From positions 7,010 to 71,009 of the forward strand of contig CAZCMV010000004.1 of the NCBI GenBank assembly GCA_964500125.1: DNA of 64,000 nt, given 5' to 3'. The stretch is from an uncultured Bdellovibrionales bacterium. GTDB lineage: Bacteria > Patescibacteriota > Minisyncoccia > Moranbacterales > GWC2-37-73. The position numbers and the translations under genes are program-made. The notes under the pieces are model-generated. The model saw only the letters and a list, made by a program, of their open reading frames with translations, had not been told where the DNA came from and did not search any database. Shown here piece after piece: positions 9,449 through 19,627 of the stretch (position 1 is its first letter; each line of letters opens with the position of its first letter).

Positions 9449-10951
9449 TTATCCCTGATATACTTCTTTAAATTCTTTAATTGCTTTTTCCAATGCAGCA
9501 ATCACTTCATCCGTAAGTGCTTTTTGCTCAGTGATGAGTGTGAGCACATCTTTTGCCTGCGAGTCGAGATACTTATGGAAATCATTTTCCCACTGCTTGA
9601 TTTTTTCTATTTCCACATCATCCATGAAACCATTAGTCAGAGCATAGAGAACTGCTACTTGGTGCTCAACTGCCATCGGTTCATATTGTCCTTGTTTAAG
9701 CACTTCCATCGTGCAACGTCCGCGTTCGATTTGAATGCGCGTCTTTTCATCAAGGTCAGATCCAAATTGTGCAAACGCTTCCAATTCACGGAATTGCGCC
9801 AATTCCAATTTGAGTTTTCCGGCAACTTTTTTCATTGCTTTGATTTGCGCATCTCCTCCCACGCGCGACACGGAAATACCCACATTCAAAGCCGGACGCA
9901 CACCTTTATAGAAAAGATCCGTTTCCAAGAAAATCTGTCCGTCAGTAATCGAAATCACATTGGTCGGAATATATGCCGAAACATCACCAGCTTGCGTTTC
10001 AATGATTGGCAACGCAGTCATCGAACCACCACCAAAATCTTCATTGAGTTTTGCACTGCGTTCCAAAAGACGAGAGTGCAAATAGAACACATCTCCAGGA
10101 TATGCTTCGCGTCCTGGTGGGCGCTTCAAAATCAAGGAAATCTGGCGGTATGCCCAAGCATGACGTGAAAGATCATCGAACACAATCAAAACGTCTTCAC
10201 CTTTATCCATGAAATATTCACCCAGTGCACAACCAGAATAAGGAGCAATATAGGAAAGCGCTGCAGAGTCTGAAGCTCCAGCAACAACAATTGTTGTATA
10301 TTCCATCGCGCCGTTCTTTTCCAGTTCACCCAAAATTCTGGCAATTTTGGATTCTTTCTGTCCAACAGCAACATAGATACATTTCATGTTCTGCCCTTTC
10401 TGGTTGATAATCGTATCGATCGCCACAGCAGTCTTACCCGTCTGACGGTCGCCGATAATCAGTTCGCGCTGTCCGCGACCGATCGGAATCAAAGCATCGA
10501 TAGCCTTAATACCAGTCTGTACCGGCTGATGCACCGATTTACGCGTAATCACACCCGGAGCAATCTTCTCTACTGGATAAAAAGCGTCTGATTTTATATC
10601 ACCCTTACCATCTACTGGTGCTCCAAGCGGATCAATTACACGACCAACCATTCCTTCACCAACTGGAATCGACAAAATCTTTCCTGTAGCCTTAACTTCA
10701 TCACCTTCTTTAATGGAAAGATAATCACCCAAAACCATCGCACCGACACGATCTTCCTCAAGATTGAGCGCCACGCCGATTTGACCGCCTGGAAATTCAA
10801 CCATTTCACTGGCCATAAGATTGCCCAGGCCAGATATTCTGGCTACGCCATCTCCTACCTCAATCACCTTGCCGACTTGCTCGGAAGTTGTTTCAGCCTT
10901 GAAGCCTTCAATCTGTTTTTTCAACTGTTCAATGATGTAGTCTTTGCTCAT
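9449..10951 (-). CDS. atpA: F1 ATP synthase alpha subunit
   Basis: GDRQTGKT Walker A; 500 aa. Confidence 0.95.
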   Translation of the reverse strand: MSKDYIIEQLKKQIEGFKAETTSEQVGKVIEVGDGVARISGLGNLMASEMVEFPGGQIGVALNLEEDRVGAMVLGDYLSIKEGDEVKATGKILSIPVGEGMVGRVIDPLGAPVDGKGDIKSDAFYPVEKIAPGVITRKSVHQPVQTGIKAIDALIPIGRGQRELIIGDRQTGKTAVAIDTIINQKGQNMKCIYVAVGQKESKIARILGELEKNGAMEYTTIVVAGASDSAALSYIAPYSGCALGEYFMDKGEDVLIVFDDLSRHAWAYRQISLILKRPPGREAYPGDVFYLHSRLLERSAKLNEDFGGGSMTALPIIETQAGDVSAYIPTNVISITDGQIFLETDLFYKGVRPALNVGISVSRVGGDAQIKAMKKVAGKLKLELAQFRELEAFAQFGSDLDEKTRIQIERGRCTMEVLKQGQYEPMAVEHQVAVLYALTNGFMDDVEIEKIKQWENDFHKYLDSQAKDVLTLITEQKALTDEVIAALEKAIKEFKEVYQG

Positions 10952-10987
10952 ATGAATATATTTATTGCTCGATTAACGTGTTAAAGT

Positions 10988-11030
10988 GTTAACGAGTTGA
11001 ACCCAACCCGTGAACGCGTTAACTCGTTAA
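10988..11030. repeat. Palindromic element GTTAACGAGTT...AACCCGT...AACTCGTTAATAA (atpH-atpA spacer)
   Basis: 10-nt perfect inverted repeat TTAACGAGTT / AACTCGTTAA. A second copy lies at 60214-60266. Confidence 0.6.
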
Positions 11031-11038
11031 TAAGTTAA

Positions 11039-11437
11039 CTAAATTAAAACTTTTTTAAGACTATTCAATTTTCCAACCACGCTTCCATCTAAAACCTCAT
11101 CTCCGACTTTGATGATAATTCCGCCTTTGATATCAGTATCAACCGTGTTTTTTATCTCCACTTTCTTGGCATCATATTTCTCCTTGATAAATTTCTCAAC
11201 CTCTCTCAAATCTCTATCTCCCATCTCAAATCTCGTGGTCACGCTCGCCTCAATAATTCCGTGCTTTGCGTTATACAGTTCTGAAAATTTTTCCATAATT
11301 TTGCCGGCATTTTTGAGCTGTCCGTCATTCTTCAAAACCTCGGCAAATTTTTTCACGATATCAGAAATCTCTTCCTGAGATTTATTCTCAGCAAGCTCTA
11401 GCAAGGTTTGTGCGTATTGTGTCGATGTAATTTTCAT
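11039..11437 (-). CDS. atpH: F1 ATP synthase delta (OSCP) subunit, short form
   Basis: C-terminus GGIIIKVGDEVLDGSVVGKLNSLKKVL is typical of delta; position is between atpF and atpA. Confidence 0.8.
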   Translation of the reverse strand: MKITSTQYAQTLLELAENKSQEEISDIVKKFAEVLKNDGQLKNAGKIMEKFSELYNAKHGIIEASVTTRFEMGDRDLREVEKFIKEKYDAKKVEIKNTVDTDIKGGIIIKVGDEVLDGSVVGKLNSLKKVLI

Positions 11438-11555
11438 TATTTTAATTCCTAAATCTAAAATCCTACTGTCTAATAAAATTCAAAATCATAATGTCAAAAA
11501 ATTTGGATTTGGAATTTTAGATTTTATTGGAAATTTGACATTTAGATTTATGATT
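11438..11555. repeat. Intercistronic palindromic repeat element (AAATCCTA family plus TTTGGATTTGGAATTTTAGATTT)
   Basis: AAATCATAATGTCAAA ... TTTGACATTTAGATTT. Confidence 0.65.
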
Positions 11556-12044
11556 TTACCTTAGCATTTTCTCTATGATTTCTTTATCCTTCCCCTCATT
11601 CATTTTCTCATCAATAACTTTTCCCGTCACTGCAATCACTAATTCCGCGACTTGTGTTTTTACTTCGCTTAGCATTTGGTTTTTTTCTAACTCAATCTTC
11701 TTGGCAGCCTCATCCAAAATCTTTTGCGCTTGCTGCTTAGCTTGATCAGCTATTTCATCTTTCGCTTTGCTGGCTGCGGCTTCCGCTTTGGCCACAATTT
11801 CTTGTGCTTGTTTTCTCGCTTCCACCAAAACCGCTTTTTCCTTTTCGGCAATTTCCTGGAGTTTTTTGTGCGAATCCTCCGCATCCTTAAGTCCTTTGTC
11901 AATCTTCTTGGTACGTTCATCCATCATCTTCATTATCGACCCATAAGCGAATTTATATAGCACAAAAAGCACGATGGCAAAATTCACCAATTGCGCAATA
12001 ATCAGTTTCCAATCAATGTGAAATGTTTTTATTAATTCATCCAT
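11556..12044 (-). CDS. atpF: Fo ATP synthase b subunit
   Basis: N-terminal TM then a long charged helix (AEKEKAVLVEARKQAQEIVAKAEAAASKAKDE...). Confidence 0.85.
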   Translation of the reverse strand: MDELIKTFHIDWKLIIAQLVNFAIVLFVLYKFAYGSIMKMMDERTKKIDKGLKDAEDSHKKLQEIAEKEKAVLVEARKQAQEIVAKAEAAASKAKDEIADQAKQQAQKILDEAAKKIELEKNQMLSEVKTQVAELVIAVTGKVIDEKMNEGKDKEIIEKMLR

Positions 12045-12246
12045 AATATTGAAGAAATAAATCCTAAATCTAAAATCCTAATGTCAAATAAAATTCTAAA
12101 TCCTAATGTCGAAATTTTGAACTTTGGATTTGTGACTTTATTGGAAATTTGACATTTAGATTTGGGATTTTTAATGATTGCCTTTTTAATTATTTTAACA
12201 TTCTCACTTCGACTTCTTGCAATAAACAAGAAGCCGTCAGAAGATA
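12045..12246. repeat. Intercistronic palindromic repeat element (AAATCCTAATGTCAAAT ... ATTTGACATTTAGATTT)
   Basis: Two left-arm copies and one inverted right arm; 200-bp spacer between atpE and atpF. Confidence 0.65.
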
Positions 12247-12489
<243 letters not shown>

Positions 12490-12626
12490 CTATATTTTCT
12501 CTCCTTTTGGGGAATATAGATGGTGTATGCGATAAATTAATTAATCGTTTATAACGTTCATAACGTTAAAAGTTCGTAAAGTATTTTGACGTTATAACTT
12601 TATAAACTCTATAACTTTATGAACTT

Positions 12627-13508
12627 CTAATGTTCTTCTGCAGTCGTTGCTATGCTCAAAAACGCCAATGTCAGAATAGAAAATACCAATGCCTGCACGA
12701 TTCCCACAATCAATTCCAAAAACATAAATGGCAAAGGTAATAAATATGCAAAAATAGCCATCATCGAAGCAAGCAATACTTCTCCAGCAAAAATGTTCCC
12801 AAAGAGACGAAGACTCAATGATGCCACTTTGGCAATTTCACTGATAATTTCAATCACACCCACAAATATTTTAATCGGGTTAACCATAAGTACGGCAGGA
12901 TCTTTCTTTATTTTCTTTGGTATCTCCAGGATAGCTTTAATATTGATGAACTTATTCAAGTGATGCCAAATACCAATCGTAATCACCCCGAAAATATGTG
13001 ATGTTACGACCGTAAAAAGCGCAAAAGCCAAGGTTGTATTAAGGTCTGCAGTGCCACCGCGAAGAAGCGGCACGAAAACATGATGACCATCTTCAACTTC
13101 ATTAAATCCGATCGTACCAACTCCAGGAAGAAGCCCGAGCCAATTATTTACCAAAATAAACAAAAAGAGTGTCAAAACAATCGGCAAAAAACGCAAAGTT
13201 TTTTTCCTTTCACCAGTTACCGTGTCAGCCATATTCAAAGCCTGCTCTAAAATAATTTCAAAAACACTTTGAATTTTACCAGGGATCTTCTTAACATTTC
13301 TATTGATAAATATAAAAAAGGTCACAAGTATTGCTACAGTGACCCAGCTCATAATCAAGGAATTGGTAATATCAAAGTTTCCCACATGCAAAATCGGCTC
13401 TGCAAAAATGGTTGGTTCATGGGAAGTTTGCTGCGTTGTTTCTATATTTTGTTGTGTAACTGTTTCAGACATAAAAAATAATACAAACTTCAAAAATGTA
13501 AAAATCAT
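12627..13508 (-). CDS. atpB: Fo ATP synthase a subunit
   Basis: Polytopic protein. Conserved Arg in LRLFGNIFAGE. True start may be the internal MSETVTQQ. Confidence 0.85.
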   Translation of the reverse strand: MIFTFLKFVLFFMSETVTQQNIETTQQTSHEPTIFAEPILHVGNFDITNSLIMSWVTVAILVTFFIFINRNVKKIPGKIQSVFEIILEQALNMADTVTGERKKTLRFLPIVLTLFLFILVNNWLGLLPGVGTIGFNEVEDGHHVFVPLLRGGTADLNTTLAFALFTVVTSHIFGVITIGIWHHLNKFINIKAILEIPKKIKKDPAVLMVNPIKIFVGVIEIISEIAKVASLSLRLFGNIFAGEVLLASMMAIFAYLLPLPFMFLELIVGIVQALVFSILTLAFLSIATTAEEH

Positions 13509-13777
13509 TCATCATCGTTTTGATTTTTGATTTTTGATTTTTGATTTTGAGAATTCATCTCTCTCAACCCCACTCTAACTATCATAACTATGGAAAAAAT
13601 AAATGAAATCGCGACGCAGAGAAAAAACAGCCACGGTGCAGTGTGGAACATGCTGTCCATTTTTTTCCCAATGATGATGCCGACAAGGATCGGGATTATA
13701 ATCCAGACATTCAGCCTTAGGAATAACCTCAATCCCGGTTGCCACCAAGCTCCATTGAGCCATTCATTCTTTTTCAT
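13505..13777 (-). CDS. Small membrane protein preceding atpB (AtpI/AtpZ-like)
   Basis: 90 aa, two TM helices. 4-nt overlap with the atpB start. First gene after the atp promoter. Confidence 0.5.
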   Translation of the reverse strand: MKKNEWLNGAWWQPGLRLFLRLNVWIIIPILVGIIIGKKMDSMFHTAPWLFFLCVAISFIFSIVMIVRVGLREMNSQNQKSKIKNQNDDE

Positions 13778-13807
13778 GTGCGTTTCTACACTTCAAACAT
13801 CACATCC

Positions 13808-13836
13808 TATTATACGGCACAAAACCACTCACGTCA
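13808..13836 (-). promoter_or_regulatory. Consensus sigma70 promoter of the atp operon (TTGACG, 17-nt spacer, TATAAT)
   Basis: Minus strand reads TTGACGtgagtggttttgtgccgTATAAT, about 30 nt upstream of the atpI-like start. Confidence 0.7.
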
Positions 13837-13930
13837 ACACCGAGAATTTTTTAATATCATCGAATATTATAACACAAAAAACACAAAAACTAGCTGTTAC
13901 CGCAACTTATGCTTCAATACATAATACATT

Positions 13931-14788
13931 CTACACGATACCTAATACATTCTTGGCATTTTCAGTCGTTTTTTCCGCAATTTCTTCAATTGAAATTTCC
14001 AAGACATCTACAATTTTTTGAGCGACGTGTTTAACGAAAAGCGGCTCGTTGCGCGTGCCTTTATCCAGTGGGCGCGGTGTGAGATATGGGCAATCGGTTT
14101 CAATGACGATATTTTTCAAACCTATTTCTTTAATTAAACGATCATAACTGTTGCCATAGGTGATGATTCCATTGAGACCGATTTTGTAGCCAAGCTCGAT
14201 GAATTTATTGGCGGTTTTATATGAGCCGATAAAACTGTGCACAATTCCTTTTTTGTCCGCAGGATTTTCTGAAAGTATTTCTAAAAGATCATCATAGCCA
14301 TCCCAGCAGTGCAATAAAACTGGTTTTCCAACTTCGTTAGCTAGTTTTATAAATTCAATCAGTGTTTCTTTTTGTTTTTTAATGAGTTCGCCAACATTAT
14401 CACCTTCCTCAAAATGGTGATAGTCTAAACCAACTTCTCCGATCGCCAAAACCTTATTATCTTTAGCTAATTCCAAATATTTTTTATAATCAAAATCTTC
14501 GCCAATTGTTTTGATTTCCATTTCTTCCAATTCACTTGGGTCGTGATGCGTGAAGCTTCCCCTTTTCAGATGCACCGGGTGAATGCCAACTGCAGCATAA
14601 ATTCCACTTTCGAATTTATAAGCATATTCCATAGCACGCTTCGAAGTTGAATATTGCGATCCCACGTTCAAAACAGACACGCCATCTTCAAGACAACGAC
14701 GGAGGACATCTTCTCCGTCGTCTTTGAAAGCGTTGAAATTAACATGAGCATGAGTATCGAAAAACACAGGCTTTAGTCTTTTAGGCAT
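13931..14788 (-). CDS. tatD: TatD-family metal-dependent DNase/hydrolase
   Basis: N-terminal FDTHAHVNF. Internal H and D/E ligands (GEVGLDYHH, LLHCWDG, VHSF, ETDCPYLTP). Confidence 0.85.
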   Translation of the reverse strand: MPKRLKPVFFDTHAHVNFNAFKDDGEDVLRRCLEDGVSVLNVGSQYSTSKRAMEYAYKFESGIYAAVGIHPVHLKRGSFTHHDPSELEEMEIKTIGEDFDYKKYLELAKDNKVLAIGEVGLDYHHFEEGDNVGELIKKQKETLIEFIKLANEVGKPVLLHCWDGYDDLLEILSENPADKKGIVHSFIGSYKTANKFIELGYKIGLNGIITYGNSYDRLIKEIGLKNIVIETDCPYLTPRPLDKGTRNEPLFVKHVAQKIVDVLEISIEEIAEKTTENAKNVLGIV

Positions 14789-14805
14789 TAGCTACTTAGA
14801 AAAAT

Positions 14806-16212
14806 TCATTTGATTCGTTGAAAGAGAGGTTCAGCAACCTTGCTTTCCAGAGCTGATTTTATTTTATCAGCAGTTTCAGGAAGAAATGGCGTAAGCAATT
14901 CAGAAACCACATACAAATCTTCGATAAGCTTCTCCATTACTTCCTGGAATTTCTTTTCATCCGTTTTTGCCAACTCCCAGGGCTTATTGTCTTCAATGAA
15001 TTTATTGGCATTGCGGACAATCTGCCAAATTTCTTCCAGCGCCTTCCCTATTTCCATCCTGTCAATATATTGCCCCAGATCAATCGTGCTTTTCTGTGAT
15101 TTATCGATAGAAATATTTTCGCCCAATTTTATAACTCTGGAAACAAGATTTCCAAGACCGTTGGCGAGATCGGCATTATATTTTTCCATCATTCTTTCCC
15201 AGGTGATGTCCATGTCTTCACCATAATTTCCAAAACTCAAAAGCAAATACCTTGTTCCATCAACACCGAATTTATCCACCATTTCATAAGGACTGATAAC
15301 ATTACCAAGACTCTTGCTCATTTTTTGGCCACCAACGTTGATAAACCCATTGATGAAAATACGCTTGGAATGAGGAATTCCCGCCGACAAAAGCATAGCT
15401 TGTAACATAGCTGATTGCTGACGAAGATTATCCTTGCCAGCCAATTGGGTTACCGGCCACCAAGATTCGAATTTTTCCATGTCATACGGCCAACCGATCG
15501 CGGAGACATAATTCACCAAAGCATCAAACCAAACATACATTACATGCTCCGGATTTCCGGGAACTTCTATGCCCCAGGGCATTTTTTCTTTGAGTCGAGA
15601 AATGGAAAAATCTTCAAGACCGTTTTCAACAAAACTCTTGATTTCGTTGAGTCTTTTTTTGGGAATCACAAATTCCGGATCTTTTTCATAAATATCCAGG
15701 AGCGGCTTTTGAAATTTGGAGAATTTAAAAAAGTAATTCTCTTCTTCGATCACTTCAATTTCCGTATTCGGATGCAAAGGACACTTTCCATCAACGAGTT
15801 CCGAATCTGTTTTTTCCAATTCACAGCCCACACAATATTTAACTTTGTATATTTTTTTGTAGATATCTCCGTTTGCTTCGCAACGCTTCCAAAATTCCTG
15901 TGCTGATTTTATATGACTTTCATCGGTCGTTCGAATGTAATTATTGAAACTGAGATTCAAAACCTTTTTTAATTCCTTGAATTTTTCCGTCTGTTGGTCA
16001 ACATATTCCTGCGCGGTAATTCCAAGTTCCTGTGCTTTTCGATAAAGCTTCAATCCATGTTCATCCGTTCCGGTATTAAAAAAAACTTCTTGGCCTTTTT
16101 GCGCATGAAAACGAGCCATAGCATCGGCTTCGATTATTTCCAGCGCAAAGCCTGCATGTGGCTCACCATTAACATATGGCAAAGTTGTTGTTATATAGAA
16201 TTTACCTGACAT
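14806..16212 (-). CDS. metG: Methionyl-tRNA synthetase (short form, 468 aa)
   Basis: Class I synthetase with KMSKSLGN. N-terminus YITTTLPYVNGEPHAGFALE. Zn-knuckle CVGCE...CPLHP. Confidence 0.9.
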   Translation of the reverse strand: MSGKFYITTTLPYVNGEPHAGFALEIIEADAMARFHAQKGQEVFFNTGTDEHGLKLYRKAQELGITAQEYVDQQTEKFKELKKVLNLSFNNYIRTTDESHIKSAQEFWKRCEANGDIYKKIYKVKYCVGCELEKTDSELVDGKCPLHPNTEIEVIEEENYFFKFSKFQKPLLDIYEKDPEFVIPKKRLNEIKSFVENGLEDFSISRLKEKMPWGIEVPGNPEHVMYVWFDALVNYVSAIGWPYDMEKFESWWPVTQLAGKDNLRQQSAMLQAMLLSAGIPHSKRIFINGFINVGGQKMSKSLGNVISPYEMVDKFGVDGTRYLLLSFGNYGEDMDITWERMMEKYNADLANGLGNLVSRVIKLGENISIDKSQKSTIDLGQYIDRMEIGKALEEIWQIVRNANKFIEDNKPWELAKTDEKKFQEVMEKLIEDLYVVSELLTPFLPETADKIKSALESKVAEPLFQRIK

Positions 16213-16218
16213 AGATTA

Positions 16219-17520
16219 TTAGCTAAACAGTTTTTTATAATTCTTCGACCAATAAACAATACCGTTATAATATGGCGCATGAAAAGTTCCCAAATAATTT
16301 ATAGAAGCCTTCTTTATGGTTGATGAACTATCGGAAGTTGCACCCGCTTTTTTTAATTTTAGCGCCATTGCCATAACTCCATCAGTCAAATTCCATGGAT
16401 CAGGAGTTGAATGCCCTGTTTTGCTGGCAATTTGAGAAGAATAACCATTCCAAACATCTGACATAAATTGAGGAATACCCATAGCTCCTCCTTGGCCAAT
16501 ATACCCACTTGGGGAACAGGATACTTTTTTATTTTTACTATAATCCAACTTATCCATCAAATCATAGAAAAGATCTTGTCTTTTTTGAAGAAGCGCTATT
16601 GAACTCTTGTATTTTGATCCATATTTTTTATATCTTGCCACAGCCACTTTTTCAACTTCCTTATAGGTACACTGTCCAGTATTAGCACCAAGATTGGTTT
16701 CCATTTTGAGAAAACCATATAATACGCCCTTTGGCACTCCGGTCTTGCCACTGGCATATTCCACTGCTTCGCGAATGTCTCCAGCATTAAAAGATTTTCC
16801 GGTTATTTTGTTCAAGTCACTTTGCAATTCAGCAAGCTTATCTTGCAATTCGCTTATAGTCGCTTCCTTTTCAGCAACATCCGCGGCAGCTTCAGCTTTG
16901 CCAACAAGTAAATCTTGCTGTAAATCTTTTTTATCTTCAAGAATATCTTCGTGTTCTTCTTTCATTTGTGCCAATTCTGTCTTTTCTTCTTCCACTTTTG
17001 ATTTAGCATCTGAAATCTCACTAGCAATAGAACGTAGCTTCTCTTCCAAAGTAATCAGATGATCAGTTGAACCAAAGATATCGTCAAATTCCCCGTCGCT
17101 CATGACAACTGCTGCCAATGATTCTTTCTTGGCGTAGAAATATTCTTGCATGACACCTTTGAGGATTTCCATTTGCAAATCTATCCGTTGGTTGATTTGA
17201 GAAATTTCCTCCTCTTTGCGAGAAATATTTTCTTTCGTGCTTTTTATGGTTGATTGAGTTTTGTTGATATCCTGCTGTGTAGCATGTACAGAATTTTGTA
17301 TTTGATTTAGATTTTGCTCCAACTTCTTTTTTTTGGCCTGTTCTTGTTTCAATTTCTTTTCCAAACTCGAAATACTATCTTCAATATCATCAGCATCATC
17401 GGCCGCATAAACTACTTTGTTGCCATAAAAAGAGGCCTGAGACATGACAAAAGCTGGTAGTGCCAGGGCCCACGCCAACAAGAGAACATGCTTTTTTGTA
17501 TGCTTTTTCATACATTCCAT
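16219..17520 (-). CDS. Secreted coiled-coil protein with a C-terminal lytic-transglycosylase (SLT-like) domain; PcsB-like architecture
   Basis: Signal peptide, then about 220 aa of heptad-rich sequence. C-terminus has KMETNLG...GQGGAMGIPQFM, consistent with an SLT catalytic Glu and GLMQ-like motif. Confidence 0.5.
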   Translation of the reverse strand: MECMKKHTKKHVLLLAWALALPAFVMSQASFYGNKVVYAADDADDIEDSISSLEKKLKQEQAKKKKLEQNLNQIQNSVHATQQDINKTQSTIKSTKENISRKEEEISQINQRIDLQMEILKGVMQEYFYAKKESLAAVVMSDGEFDDIFGSTDHLITLEEKLRSIASEISDAKSKVEEEKTELAQMKEEHEDILEDKKDLQQDLLVGKAEAAADVAEKEATISELQDKLAELQSDLNKITGKSFNAGDIREAVEYASGKTGVPKGVLYGFLKMETNLGANTGQCTYKEVEKVAVARYKKYGSKYKSSIALLQKRQDLFYDLMDKLDYSKNKKVSCSPSGYIGQGGAMGIPQFMSDVWNGYSSQIASKTGHSTPDPWNLTDGVMAMALKLKKAGATSDSSSTIKKASINYLGTFHAPYYNGIVYWSKNYKKLFS

Positions 17521-17587
17521 TATACCATCAACTGTGTAATAAGCAACATTATAGGTTTTGGGTTTCAGGTATTAGGTGCTAGGTTTC

Positions 17588-17625
17588 AAGAAAGCAAAAA
17601 CCACGCCGTAAGCGTAGTTTTTTTT
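17588..17625 (-). terminator. Bidirectional hairpin terminator downstream of rplY
   Basis: AAAACCACGC-CGTAA-GCGTAGTTTT flanked by A-run and T-run. Confidence 0.55.
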
Positions 17626-17689
17626 GCAATAAGTATTCTTAAATTCTATTTTATAAACTTTATGAACTTTTAACTTTATAGACCCAGCG

Positions 17690-18340
17690 CTATTTCTTCT
17701 CTCCTTTGTTTTCACCTTCTTTCACTACTCCTGCAATCTTGGTTACATCTTCTTCAACCTTATTTTCCAAAGATTCCAATTCTTCTTGGGTTCTTGGCGG
17801 AGTAACCAGAGCGATAACAGTTTCCGGTTCAAGATCTATCTTTATCTTATCAGAAACTTTAATATCAGCAATGGTGATGTGGTCGTCGAAAGTTTTGATT
17901 TTAGCAAGATTGATTTCAAAATGAGGTGGAAGATCGGATGGCAGACATCTAACCGGCACTTCATCCATATTCTTTACCAAAACTCCCCCAAGAGCTTTCA
18001 CTGCTTCTGATTCACCAATGAATTCGAGAGGAATTTCTGTTTCCACTTCCTCTTTCATATTCACCTGGAAAAAATCAACATGTGAAATTTTGCCACTCAT
18101 GTGGTCTGTTTGCGCATCGTGAATAAGCACGTTTAATTTCTTTCCCTCCAACTCCAATTCCACTATTGCACTTTCACCAGCATTGGCATAAGCACGCTCC
18201 ATTTCCAAAAGAGGCACGGCAATGTTGCGAGCTGCAATCTTGTTGCCATAGATAACAGCTGGTACAATTTCCTGCTTGCGTAAGTTTTTCACCTTTTTGC
18301 CTGTAATTTCGCGAATAATTGCTTTCAGTTTGATTGTCAT
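17690..18340 (-). CDS. rplY: Ribosomal protein bL25 (Ctc/general-stress form)
   Basis: N-terminus AIIREITGKKVKNLRKQEIVPAVIYG. 216 aa with an acidic C-terminal extension. Confidence 0.85.
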   Translation of the reverse strand: MTIKLKAIIREITGKKVKNLRKQEIVPAVIYGNKIAARNIAVPLLEMERAYANAGESAIVELELEGKKLNVLIHDAQTDHMSGKISHVDFFQVNMKEEVETEIPLEFIGESEAVKALGGVLVKNMDEVPVRCLPSDLPPHFEINLAKIKTFDDHITIADIKVSDKIKIDLEPETVIALVTPPRTQEELESLENKVEEDVTKIAGVVKEGENKGEKK

Positions 18341-18445
18341 ATTTTTAGATATTATTCAAATACTTAAATATACCAACTATTAAGATTGTATTTTAGCCTA
18401 AAAAAAGCCTAAACTATTTCATTAAGCCTAGGCAGTATAACAAAA

Positions 18446-19627
18446 TCAAGCCAAAGAGTCAATGGTATCCATATTTAAATCTTGATATTCAGAAACAATC
18501 ATTTTATCACTACGAATATGAATATTATTAATAATGCCCATAGCAGAGAGAACCACCACGAGAGAACTTCCACCGTAGCTGAGAAAAGGAAGCGGAATAC
18601 CCGTAACGGGCATTAAACCTATATTCATTCCAATATTTTCCAACATTTGAAGAAATATCATAAACAAAACACCTATTGCTAAAAGATATCCGAAATTATC
18701 CGTAGCTTTTTTAGCGATAATCCCAATTCTGTAAAATATAACAAAAAACAAAACCAGCACAGCAATTGAACCGGCAAATCCGAGTTCCTCTGCAATGGCG
18801 GCAAAAATAAAATCTGTATGTTTTTCCGGCAAAAAATTCAATTGCGATTGAGAACCGTGTCCTATTCCTTTCCCCCAAAACCCACCGCTACCAACAGCCA
18901 CTGTTGACTGTATTACATTATATCCACTACCACGCGGATCAGAAGATGGATCTAAAAAAGTATTTATGCGTGCTTTTTGATAGTCAGCCAAATGAAACCA
19001 TCCAATAAAAGCAAGGGATAATATTGCCACAAAGATACCGATAACTACTTTGCGAGAAAGACCAGAAACAAAAAGCATACCTATCCAAATTCCGAAAAGA
19101 ACCATGGCGCTACCAAAATCAGGCTGTTTGAAAACAAGAAACATGATTACACCCATTAGGACAGCGGATATAATCACTCTGCCCAACTCGCCAAACTCGG
19201 ATCTTTTTTGAGAAATAAAGCTAGCCATAAAAATTATCATGACTAATTTGGCCAATTCCACAGGCTGAAAACGAAGGGAGCCAATACCTATCCAACCAGA
19301 TGTGCCTCTTATATTCATCCCAAAAATAAGAACTATTGATAAAACAAAAAGTATAATGAAATACAATGCAGTGCTTTGCTTTTTTAATATCTGATAATTA
19401 CCAAAAGAAAAAAAGAACATTGCAAAAATGCCAAGCAGTGCAAATATAGCCTGTCTCCAAAATATTGATAAGTCACCCGTTTGTCCTGTTGAAAGAGAAG
19501 CGCTATATAAAACAGTAAGACTAATCGCGAGCAACAAAAAAACACTGCAAACAAGAATCCAATCTGTCCTAACTAGCTTATTTATCATATAAAAAACATT
19601 TGGAAAAAGGCTTAATAATAATTTCAA
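18446..19627 (-). CDS. ftsW: FtsW/RodA/SpoVE-family peptidoglycan polymerase (SEDS)
   Basis: About 10 TM helices. Motifs QPVELAKL, FKQPDFGSA, NFLPEKHTDFIFA and PLPFLSYGGSS. The annotated start is a TTG overlapping the next gene's stop; the internal ATG (MINKLVRTD, at 19588) is an alternative. Confidence 0.85.
   Translation of the reverse strand: MKLLLSLFPNVFYMINKLVRTDWILVCSVFLLLAISLTVLYSASLSTGQTGDLSIFWRQAIFALLGIFAMFFFSFGNYQILKKQSTALYFIILFVLSIVLIFGMNIRGTSGWIGIGSLRFQPVELAKLVMIIFMASFISQKRSEFGELGRVIISAVLMGVIMFLVFKQPDFGSAMVLFGIWIGMLFVSGLSRKVVIGIFVAILSLAFIGWFHLADYQKARINTFLDPSSDPRGSGYNVIQSTVAVGSGGFWGKGIGHGSQSQLNFLPEKHTDFIFAAIAEELGFAGSIAVLVLFFVIFYRIGIIAKKATDNFGYLLAIGVLFMIFLQMLENIGMNIGLMPVTGIPLPFLSYGGSSLVVVLSAMGIINNIHIRSDKMIVSEYQDLNMDTIDSLA

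Noticed and set aside
9443-10168. 241-aa plus-strand ORF
   Set aside because: Lies wholly inside atpA on the opposite strand. The Cys/Phe/His-rich composition is typical of an antisense frame of an AT-rich gene.
13590-14021. 143-aa plus-strand ORF over the atp promoter and tatD end
   Set aside because: Spans an intergenic promoter region and overlaps two minus-strand genes. No SD.
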